Origin: an uncultured Candidatus Saccharibacteria bacterium
GTDB taxonomy: Bacteria > Patescibacteriota > Minisyncoccia > Phycocordibacterales > UBA9973
Length of the DNA: 51,100 nt
Assembly (NCBI GenBank): GCA_964596605.1
Contig: CAZQUJ010000001.1
Location: forward strand, 1-51,100
Direction of reading: 5' to 3'
Within the stretch, counting starts at the first letter, position 1; each line of letters begins with the position of its first letter. The notes under the pieces were generated by a model. That model made no database searches. It had not been told where the DNA came from and saw only the letters and a list, made by a program, of their open reading frames with translations. Both the position numbers and the translations under genes were made by a program. Positions 26,764 through 33,882 of this stretch are shown here, in pieces.

Positions 26764-28129
26764 TAACTTTGAAAAATTTTTTCCGAAAGAGAATGTTATT
26801 GTAATGCTCCACGCTCATGCTGATGATGAGTCATTTTTGTCTGCCGGTACTATAAATGAATTTATAGTGCGTGGTTATAATATTTTACTAATTTACTTAG
26901 CTGCAGGTCTTGTTGAAAATGAACAAGAGACACTTCTCAGGCAAAAAGAGCTTTCTATGGCATTAGAAACACTAGGTGCACATAATGTAAAGTTTCTTAA
27001 ATATTGCGAACCAAAATACAAAGGGAGTGGCGCCCCTCTTTATTTGCAATCAATACGAGAAGTATCAAACGAAATAATTAAATTTCTTAATAAAGAAAGA
27101 ATAAAAAAATATATACTTTTTTCATACGATAAAAATGGTGGTTATGGGAATAAGGATCATTTAGTAGTACATAAGGTAGGAAGATATCTGTTTAAAAAAT
27201 CATCGGTGATTAGTTCACTATTTGAGGTAACTATTTCAAGGGATATGTATACAGATTGGTTTTCAAAAGAATCGGGTAGGGTTTCTGAAACTTATTTACC
27301 AAAACTAAGTTATTGGTCTACAGAATTTGGACTAACAGACGAAGAAATCAATTACATATACGTACTTAATTCTAAACAAATTTGGTTAAAGAAAAAAGCT
27401 CTTATTAAACACGTCTCGCAAATAAAGAATACAGAATTTCCTCTGTCTCTTACTAATACCGATTTTATAAAATTGTTTGGTAGAGAATATCTTGCGTACG
27501 TTAATAGATCGATTCTGCAAGATATCGTAAATTTCACCGAAGCCACCACAGGACAAATACAAAGCAAGTGCCCCACGCGAGCTTGTCGAGCACTGGCGAG
27601 ACGTGGTCAGACGTTTCGTTCAAAATGCGTTCGAGCAGAGTCGTATAATTCTACAAATATGAATGAAAAAGATTTTAATCTAAGTATTTTTGATGGAAAG
27701 GGATGGTCAAAAATATCTAAATCTCTGTTTGAAATAGAAAAAGAGTGTTTTTTAGATTTGTCTTTTTCTTGGAAAGATTTTTGTAATTATTTTTCTAATC
27801 CTAAAATAATTGCAGTAATATTAAGATATAAAAATGACATTATTGGATTCTCCTTTGGTTTTCCTTCTGGTGATGATTCTTTTTTTATTTACGATACTGC
27901 TATAAAAAAAGAATTTCAGGGCAGGGGATTAGTTTCTCTAATTATGAATTTCTTGGAAAAGAAACTAAAGGAGGATGGCTACAAATATATAGAAAGGGAA
28001 GCTGATGTTGATAATGGGTATGCTGATAAAATTCGCAGACATTATAAAGGAAGAATAATAGAGGAAGGAATTCCTCATAATTCTATTTATTCAAAAGGAA
28101 AACAGGTATTTTTTAAGATAGAGATTTAG
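26747..28129 (+). CDS. PIG-L/LmbE-family N-acetylglucosaminyl deacetylase (aa 1-~270), whose frame reads through IR-R into the downstream GNAT gene
   Basis: VIVMLHAHADDESFLSAGT (the AHPDDE-type zinc motif) and YGNKDHLVVHK (the HxDH-type motif). Residues 275-296 (CPTRACRALARRGQTFRSKCVR) are encoded by IR-R. There is no stop codon before the GNAT domain, so the 460-aa ORF is either a real fusion or a read-through artefact. Confidence 0.7.
   Translation: MKEINSNFEKFFPKENVIVMLHAHADDESFLSAGTINEFIVRGYNILLIYLAAGLVENEQETLLRQKELSMALETLGAHNVKFLKYCEPKYKGSGAPLYLQSIREVSNEIIKFLNKERIKKYILFSYDKNGGYGNKDHLVVHKVGRYLFKKSSVISSLFEVTISRDMYTDWFSKESGRVSETYLPKLSYWSTEFGLTDEEINYIYVLNSKQIWLKKKALIKHVSQIKNTEFPLSLTNTDFIKLFGREYLAYVNRSILQDIVNFTEATTGQIQSKCPTRACRALARRGQTFRSKCVRAESYNSTNMNEKDFNLSIFDGKGWSKISKSLFEIEKECFLDLSFSWKDFCNYFSNPKIIAVILRYKNDIIGFSFGFPSGDDSFFIYDTAIKKEFQGRGLVSLIMNFLEKKLKEDGYKYIEREADVDNGYADKIRRHYKGRIIEEGIPHNSIYSKGKQVFFKIEI
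27571..27634. repeat. inverted repeat, right copy (IR-R)
   Basis: ccccacgcgagcttgtcgagcactggcgagacgtggtcagacgtttcgttcaaaatgcgttcga, which is the reverse complement of IR-L with about 84% identity over the ungapped 55-nt core. Confidence 0.85.
27659..28129 (+). CDS. GNAT-family N-acetyltransferase (possible independent cistron from an internal ATG)
   Basis: The C-terminal 156 aa of the long ORF carry an acetyl-CoA motif-A-like segment, IKKEFQGRGLVSLIMNFLEKKLKEDGYKYI (Q/RxxGxG/A). TATAAT at 27644-27649 lies 9 nt upstream of ATG 27659. The composition drops back to flank-like AT-richness. Confidence 0.6.
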   Translation: MNEKDFNLSIFDGKGWSKISKSLFEIEKECFLDLSFSWKDFCNYFSNPKIIAVILRYKNDIIGFSFGFPSGDDSFFIYDTAIKKEFQGRGLVSLIMNFLEKKLKEDGYKYIEREADVDNGYADKIRRHYKGRIIEEGIPHNSIYSKGKQVFFKIEI

Positions 28130-28160
28130 TTGTCCGAAGACCCTTTTTATGCTATTATAA

Positions 28161-28421
28161 ATGAGTATGGACGAAGAAGGAAAGCGTTTATTACAAGAAA
28201 TTTTAACCTTACAAAAAGAGAATAACGAAATGTTATTGTCTTTCAAAAAAAATATTAGATGGAACAATCTATCTCGCATTTTTTATTGGGTTTTAATAGC
28301 TGGTATTGCTTTTGGAGCTTTTTATTTCATCAAACCATACTTAGGAAGTTTTATGAATATTTACAGTGGAAATATTTCTGGAGTAAATATTACTGAATTG
28401 ACTAAAAGTTTAATGGAATAA
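28161..28421 (+). CDS. hypothetical small membrane protein
   Basis: 86-aa ORF with an N-terminal helical region and one TM helix (IFYWVLIAGIAFGAFYFI). I recognise no family. Confidence 0.45.
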   Translation: MSMDEEGKRLLQEILTLQKENNEMLLSFKKNIRWNNLSRIFYWVLIAGIAFGAFYFIKPYLGSFMNIYSGNISGVNITELTKSLME

Positions 28422-28460
28422 CTTGTCAGATTTGTTTTAATTAGGTAAATTATATTTATC

Positions 28461-28533
28461 GCTTGGGTAGCTCAGTTGGTAGAGCGCTCCCCTGAAGAGG
28501 GATAGGTCGGCAGTTCAATTCTGCCCCCAAGCA
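28461..28533 (+). tRNA. tRNA-Phe (anticodon GAA)
   Basis: Acceptor stem gcttggg/cccaagc, D-arm tagctcagttggtagagc, anticodon loop ctgaaga, T-arm ggcagttcaattctgcc. No encoded CCA. Confidence 0.9.
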
Positions 28534-28545
28534 CAGAATAAAAAA

Positions 28546-28570
28546 CACCTCCGATTAAAATCGGAGGTGT
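28546..28570. terminator. bidirectional intrinsic terminator (tRNA-Phe and convergent hsp20)
   Basis: acacctccgat-taa-atcggaggtgt is a perfect 11-bp stem. An A-run lies on its 5' side and a T-run on its 3' side, so it can terminate either strand. Confidence 0.8.
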
Positions 28571-28573
28571 TTT

Positions 28574-29071
28574 TTAGATTGATTTAATTTTTAATTTAGT
28601 TTCTCTGTTTTTGTCTAGTTTAGGAAGTTTGATAATCAACAATCCATGTTTCTCTATCGCTTCAGCCTCTTCTGGATCAACTTCTTCTGGAAGGGAAATA
28701 GTTCTAGAAAATGAACCCCAATAAAGTTCTTTAACGAAATAGTTATCTTTTTGGATAGACTGATTTTCTTCTCTCTTTCCTTTGATGGTAACCATATCTC
28801 TGGTTATTGTTATATTTAAATTATCTGGTTGAACTCCAGCTACCATTGTTTGAACGATAATATCAGAAGGAGTTTGATACAAATCAACAGTTAGTTCAGC
28901 TTCCTGTTCTTCTTCCCATTTTTCTTCTTTTTCTACTTCTATATTTTTTGATTCACTGACAGATTTAGAGTTTTTTTTGCTACTTGATTCCTCGTATAGA
29001 TCATCATCGAGTTCGTCTTCGTCAACTCTAATATTTCCTGTAAGTCTTTCTAAAAATGATTTTTTCTTCAT
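28574..29071 (-). CDS. small heat-shock protein (Hsp20/alpha-crystallin family)
   Basis: The alpha-crystallin domain runs LTVDLYQTPSDIIVQTMVAGVQPDNLNITITRDMVTIKGKRE...FSRTISLPEEVDPEEAEAIEKHGLLIIKLPK. The N-terminal region is acidic. Confidence 0.85.
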   Translation of the reverse strand: MKKKSFLERLTGNIRVDEDELDDDLYEESSSKKNSKSVSESKNIEVEKEEKWEEEQEAELTVDLYQTPSDIIVQTMVAGVQPDNLNITITRDMVTIKGKREENQSIQKDNYFVKELYWGSFSRTISLPEEVDPEEAEAIEKHGLLIIKLPKLDKNRETKLKIKSI

Positions 29072-29796
29072 ATTGTTTTTTCATTTAGTACAGGAAGGTG
29101 TTTCCCCATACGCTTAAGTTTCTCAAAAATGAGAAGATTAATAATAGTTGTAACCCACAAAAATCCGAAAACTGAAAGAAAATTCTTACCGCCTTCTCTC
29201 ATTATAAGTAAATTAAAAATACTATGCAACACAATAGCACTTAATAAACCAACCCAAAGATAGCGAGTCTTTCTTTTTTTTAAGAAAAAAGCTAATCCTA
29301 AAGCACTACCTACCATAGAACTAGAAATAGCATGAAGTAATGTAGAGCCTAAGAATCTTAAATTTCCAGTAATTAGGCCAACGGTAGAGCCACTTGAATC
29401 AAAAGCACCAACTAAATAAAGAATATTTTCTAAGGCAGCAAAACCTAAAGCCACTGAAATAAAATACATAGGGTAGTCTATAGGTTCATCTACATGTTTA
29501 TTTCCAAAAATAATCAAAGATACTGCTATAAACTTAAGGACTTCTTCGATTATAGCCCAAACTACAATTTTCAAATCACTATTTTTGTCTAAAAAGTTAA
29601 GTGAATATTTTTCTAAGCAAATAGCAAGTAAAACAACTAAACCACCTACGATAAAAGACAAAACTATTAAACCAGTAGGTTCTGGCCTTTCTCTATCTTC
29701 ATGTTTTAACCAAAACCAGAGCCAAAAAACAGCTGGGACTAGACCACTTAAGATGGCTAAAATAAGATTCTTGGGGTCTAGCGAATGGGCAATCAT
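29068..29796 (-). CDS. PrsW-family intramembrane metalloprotease
   Basis: Polytopic membrane protein with IIEEVLKFIAV (EExxK motif), FAALENILY and LLHAISSS motifs typical of PrsW (Protease_PrsW). Confidence 0.7.
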   Translation of the reverse strand: MIAHSLDPKNLILAILSGLVPAVFWLWFWLKHEDRERPEPTGLIVLSFIVGGLVVLLAICLEKYSLNFLDKNSDLKIVVWAIIEEVLKFIAVSLIIFGNKHVDEPIDYPMYFISVALGFAALENILYLVGAFDSSGSTVGLITGNLRFLGSTLLHAISSSMVGSALGLAFFLKKRKTRYLWVGLLSAIVLHSIFNLLIMREGGKNFLSVFGFLWVTTIINLLIFEKLKRMGKHLPVLNEKTI

Positions 29797-29797
29797 T

Positions 29798-31987
29798 TTA
29801 AATAGGCCAGTCTTCTATAATTAGTAATTTTTTATTATCTATCATTGGAATCAAGGACCATATTTCTTCGGTTAAGAATGGCATAAACGGATGGAGTGTT
29901 TTTATTATCATCACAAGAGTTTGAATCAAGAATTGTTTTCTAGAAAATTTAGCTTGTTTATCTTCTTGATTAAATATCTTTTTACTATCTTCTAGAATAA
30001 CGTCAGCAAAAGAATGCCAGATGTATTGATATATTTTTTCACTAGCCATATAGAATCTAAATTCTTCCATGTCGCGGGTGATATCTTTTACAAAATCATC
30101 TCTTTCTTTGATCAGATTTAAATCATTTTCATTGAATTCTTTATAGATTGGATCGTATGTAATATCTTTTGTTCCTTCTAAAACAAATCTGGTAATATTC
30201 CATACTTTATTAGCAAAGTTTTTATTGGCTCTAACCCTATCTTCAGCCCACTTCATGTCTGTCCCCGGAGTGTTTCCAACTACTAGTGCCATTCTTCCGG
30301 CATCAGCTCCGAACTTTGAAGCAATCTCCAATGGATCAACCCCGTTATTTAAAGATTTAGACATTTTTCTTCCTTTGGCATCACGAACTGTTCCATGGAG
30401 ATATATTGTTTTGAATGGAATAGTTCCAAGAGTATATCCAGTCATTAATATCATTCTTGCTACCCAGAAGAATAGTATTTCATATCCTGTTTCTAGGACA
30501 TCTGTTGGATGGAAGAAAGATAAATCTTTGTTTTCATTTGGCCAACCAAGAGTTGAAAATGTCCAAAGGGCTGAAGAGAACCAAGTATCTAGAGTGTCTT
30601 CATCTTGAGTCCAACCAGTTTCTTCAGGAGCTTCGGTTCCGCAGTATATTTCATCTTGTTTATACCAGACGGGGATTCGATGGCCATACCAAATCTGACG
30701 AGAAATACACCAATCTTTTAAGTTATCAATCCAGTGAAAATATGTTTTATCGAAATAGTCAGGAATAATTTTAATCTGTTCATTCTCTATCACTTTTCTC
30801 ATTATTTCCTTTAAACTGACCATGCTTCCAGATTCTACTCCTTTTATTCCAGAGTGATCTATTTTAAATGGTTTATCTACGGCCACAAACCACTGTAGTT
30901 TAGGAAGAGGCTCAATAATTCCACCAGTTCTTTCAGCAGTGGAAACATTTTGTTCAACCTCTTCTTCTTTTTCTAATAACCCATTTTCTTTTAGCCAGTT
31001 AACTACTTCTTCTCTGGCTTCAGTAGCTTTTTTACCCATGATATTTTCATTTCCAACCATCATTCTAGCTTTTTCGTCTATAACTTGTATAACTGGCAGG
31101 TCATTAGCTTGTCCCATTTCCCAGTCAATCATTGAGTGAGCTGGGGTAACTCCCAAAGCTCCAGTTCCGAATTCACGATCAACTTCTTTGTCAGCGATAA
31201 TTTTAATTTTCAATGGAACTCCGCAGAAGTTTTCTATTTCAAAAGTTTGGCCAATATATTTTTGGTATCTTGGATCATCTGGGTGAACAGCTACGGCTGA
31301 ATCTCCTAATTTTGTTTCAGGTCTTGTTGTAGAAATGGAAATAGGGAAGTCTTTTGAATATTTAAATGTCCAAAATTTTGCTTTTCTTCCTTCATAGACT
31401 ATTTCATCGTCGGAGATGGTGGTTTGACCGCTTGGGTCCCAGTTAACTATTCTGTATCCTCTGTATATTAATCCATCATCATACATTTTTTTGAATATAG
31501 TTCTAACGGCCAAGTTCCTCTCTTCATCTAAAGTAAATGCTTCTCTAGACCAATCACAAGAAGCTCCAAATGTTCTGATTTGTGAGGTGATTGTTTGATG
31601 ACTATTTTTAGCAAACTCTTCTATTCTTTTAAGTAGTTCTTCTCTTCCTAAATCATATCTGGACTTGTTTTCTTTTTTCTTGATATCTTTTTCAACTTTA
31701 GATTGAGTGGCAATAGCGGCATGGTCTGTTCCAGGTAGCCAGAGGGTTTTTTTACCTCTCATCCTCTCAAATCTAATCATTACGTCTTCTATTGTAATCA
31801 TTAGAGCATGACCCATATGCAAAACTCCAGTTACGTTTGGAGGAGGCATCATAATAGTATATTTTTCTTTGTGTCTTTCTGGTAGGTTATCTGGGTTAAA
31901 AAAACCAGATTCTTCCCATATCTTATATATTCTTGGTTCTGTCTCTTTTGGATCGTAAGGCTTTAAAAACTTTTCATTTATTTCCAT
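29798..31987 (-). CDS. valS: valyl-tRNA synthetase (compact form, no C-terminal coiled coil)
   Basis: PPPNVTGVLHMGHA (HIGH), LPGTDHAAIATQ, a CP1 editing region (TTRPETKLGDSAVAVHPDD), and KMSKSLNN. The 729-aa protein ends shortly after the anticodon-binding domain. Confidence 0.9.
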   Translation of the reverse strand: MEINEKFLKPYDPKETEPRIYKIWEESGFFNPDNLPERHKEKYTIMMPPPNVTGVLHMGHALMITIEDVMIRFERMRGKKTLWLPGTDHAAIATQSKVEKDIKKKENKSRYDLGREELLKRIEEFAKNSHQTITSQIRTFGASCDWSREAFTLDEERNLAVRTIFKKMYDDGLIYRGYRIVNWDPSGQTTISDDEIVYEGRKAKFWTFKYSKDFPISISTTRPETKLGDSAVAVHPDDPRYQKYIGQTFEIENFCGVPLKIKIIADKEVDREFGTGALGVTPAHSMIDWEMGQANDLPVIQVIDEKARMMVGNENIMGKKATEAREEVVNWLKENGLLEKEEEVEQNVSTAERTGGIIEPLPKLQWFVAVDKPFKIDHSGIKGVESGSMVSLKEIMRKVIENEQIKIIPDYFDKTYFHWIDNLKDWCISRQIWYGHRIPVWYKQDEIYCGTEAPEETGWTQDEDTLDTWFSSALWTFSTLGWPNENKDLSFFHPTDVLETGYEILFFWVARMILMTGYTLGTIPFKTIYLHGTVRDAKGRKMSKSLNNGVDPLEIASKFGADAGRMALVVGNTPGTDMKWAEDRVRANKNFANKVWNITRFVLEGTKDITYDPIYKEFNENDLNLIKERDDFVKDITRDMEEFRFYMASEKIYQYIWHSFADVILEDSKKIFNQEDKQAKFSRKQFLIQTLVMIIKTLHPFMPFLTEEIWSLIPMIDNKKLLIIEDWPI

Positions 31988-32047
31988 GACAAAAATATAC
32001 CATTTTTGGGCTTATTTTTCAATTAAAAAATTGTTGACAGTGATAGT

Positions 32048-33232
32048 CTACAAACTTAAATTTCCATTAGCATTAAGTCCCCCAACTCTCTTTTTACTTT
32101 TAGATTGAAAATATCCAGCTATGGCAATCATTAATCCATTATCTCCACTTAGTTTTTTGGTGGGGAAGTGAACATTGATATCTTTATCAACACTAGCTCT
32201 CATGGTTTCTTGCAGGAAATCATTAGCTGAAACACCACCTCCAACTATTAAAGTTTTTGCCTTGTATTCTTTCAAAGCTCTTTTGGTTTTAGAGACTAGA
32301 ACTTCCACAACTGAATCTTCAAATTCTCTAGCAATTTTTTGTTTAACTTTTATATCTTCTAGCACCTTAGGATTTTCATCTTTCATTTTTTTAATTGTGT
32401 ACAAGACAGCGGTTTTTAGCCCAGAAAAAGAAAAATCATAATCTTTAGAATTTATCATAGGGCGAGGAAAAGAAATGTCAGATATATTTTTTTCTTCTCG
32501 TTCTACTTTAGCTAGTTTAGAAATTTGAGGACCCCCAGGATATGGTAGCTCTAGCATTCTAGCTACTTTGTCAAAAGCTTCTCCCGAAGCGTCATCTCTT
32601 GTTTTACCTATCTTCTTATATTTCATCCAGTCTTTAATTAATACAAGTTCAGTGTGTCCGCCAGAAATGAGTAATGATAATATAGGGAATATTTTTTTAT
32701 CTTTTTTGACGACAAATACATCTTTGTCTTTTGGATAAATAGAAAAAATATGCCCCTCCATGTGATTAACCGGAATGATTGGAATGTTTAAATATGTTCC
32801 TAGAGCTTTAGCAAAACTAATTCCAACCCAAAGAGCTGGCTCTAATCCTGGACCCACAGTTACGGCTATGGCATCTACTTTAGGTTTTTCTATTTTTTTC
32901 ATGAAGTCTATGAAGCTATTAAAGAGTTCTCCCTCTCTTTCTAAAATTTTATTTATTTTCCTTTTTGTTTTATCGTCAGTTTCGGATGTTTTCTTTTTCT
33001 CTTTATATAGTTTTGCTTCTTTAAGAGCTTTTTCTAATACTCCAACGATGTTTTTAGCATGTTCTCTTTTGGCCATCATTGGAAAAACTCCGCCATATTG
33101 TGTGTGGATGGCTATTTGGGAAGAAACCTCATTACCTAGTATTTTAAAAGATGTCTCCTTTGTGTTTTCTGTTGCTTTAACTATAGCGATGGCGGTTTCG
33201 TCACACGATGTTTCGATTGATAGTATTTTCAT
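32048..33232 (-). CDS. tsaD: tRNA N6-adenosine threonylcarbamoyltransferase TsaD (Kae1/Gcp family) with an internal insertion
   Basis: MKILSIETSCDETAIAIV, VTVGPGLEPALWVG, VNHMEGH, SGGHTELV, DDASGEAFDKVARML and VGGGVSANDFL. A Lys/Glu-rich insertion of about 40 aa lies between the first His region and the GPGL motif. Confidence 0.9.
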   Translation of the reverse strand: MKILSIETSCDETAIAIVKATENTKETSFKILGNEVSSQIAIHTQYGGVFPMMAKREHAKNIVGVLEKALKEAKLYKEKKKTSETDDKTKRKINKILEREGELFNSFIDFMKKIEKPKVDAIAVTVGPGLEPALWVGISFAKALGTYLNIPIIPVNHMEGHIFSIYPKDKDVFVVKKDKKIFPILSLLISGGHTELVLIKDWMKYKKIGKTRDDASGEAFDKVARMLELPYPGGPQISKLAKVEREEKNISDISFPRPMINSKDYDFSFSGLKTAVLYTIKKMKDENPKVLEDIKVKQKIAREFEDSVVEVLVSKTKRALKEYKAKTLIVGGGVSANDFLQETMRASVDKDINVHFPTKKLSGDNGLMIAIAGYFQSKSKKRVGGLNANGNLSL

Positions 33233-33280
33233 ACGAGTTTAAATATACCACATCAGACTATTTTATGGTATCATTTTGAT

Positions 33281-33859
33281 ATGGATAAAAAGAGGATTAT
33301 CACCCTAGCCGGAAACTTAGGAAGCGGAAAATCTTCTACTGCTAAAAGGTTAGCAGATATTTTAAACTACGAGCATTATTCGACTGGTGATTTTATGCGT
33401 GCCATTGCTGATGAAAAAGGGATATCCTTAATTGAACTAAGTTCTTTGGCTGAAAGTGACAGGAGTATAGATGAGGAGTTGGATAACAAAAACAAAGAAG
33501 TTGGAAAGAAAGAGAATGTGGTCATAGATTCTCGCCTGGGTTTCTATTTCATTCCACATTCATTTAAAGTTTTTTTGAAATTGGATCCTGAAATATCAGC
33601 TGAGAGAATTTTGAAAGACAAACAGACTAATCCTAATCGTCAAAATGAAGCTAATCAAGATTTTGATACCAAAGAGGGAATAATGAGGAATATAAAAATA
33701 AGGCAGGAGAGTGAAAGAAAAAGATACCAAGAAATGTATGGAATATCTGATTATACTGATTCTAGTAATTTTGATTTAATAATAGATACTTCACTGTTAC
33801 CGCTTGAAGGTGTTGTTGATAAAATAATAGAAGAATACAATTATTGGTTAAGGGGTTAA
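33281..33859 (+). CDS. cmk: cytidylate kinase (short form)
   Basis: P-loop LAGNLGSGKSSTAKRLA, YSTGDFMRAIADEKGISL (compare Cmk LDTGAMYRAVA), and VIDSRLGFYFIP. Confidence 0.65.
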   Translation: MDKKRIITLAGNLGSGKSSTAKRLADILNYEHYSTGDFMRAIADEKGISLIELSSLAESDRSIDEELDNKNKEVGKKENVVIDSRLGFYFIPHSFKVFLKLDPEISAERILKDKQTNPNRQNEANQDFDTKEGIMRNIKIRQESERKRYQEMYGISDYTDSSNFDLIIDTSLLPLEGVVDKIIEEYNYWLRG

Positions 33860-33882
33860 TTTATTAAATTAATTTTAAAAAA

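Larger units (their letters stand above)
21032..27640 (+). mobile_element. putative horizontally acquired cassette bounded by ~62-nt imperfect inverted repeats; no recombinase gene recognised
   Basis: IR-L at 21041-21102 pairs with the reverse complement of IR-R at 27571-27634. The cassette lies immediately 3' of tRNA-Arg and holds seven co-oriented, tightly packed genes. Spot G+C counts are higher in the first genes than in the flanks. Confidence 0.45.

Noticed and set aside
27566-27582. Resemblance of the inner end of IR-R (reverse complement cgcgtggggcac) to the 3' end of tRNA-Arg (cgccgggggcac), as a possible att-type repeat
   Set aside because: It is only about 12 nt long with mismatches. 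Its orientation is inverted rather than direct, and no integrase is present. I treat it as probable coincidence arising from the G-rich sequence.
21032-27640. Classifying the cassette as a prophage, integrative element or IS-type transposon
   Set aside because: I could recognise no integrase, transposase, resolvase, phage structural or conjugation genes in or beside it. I also found no direct repeats or target-site duplication. I report only the inverted repeats and the tRNA adjacency.
30225-31139. Three plus-strand ORFs (127, 103 and 66 aa) inside valS
   Set aside because: All are antisense to ValRS, overlap each other in different frames, and have no recognisable motifs.
32775-33242. 155-aa plus-strand ORF inside tsaD
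   Set aside because: It is antisense to a clearly recognisable TsaD gene. Its translation is Ser/Phe/Leu-rich shadow sequence.
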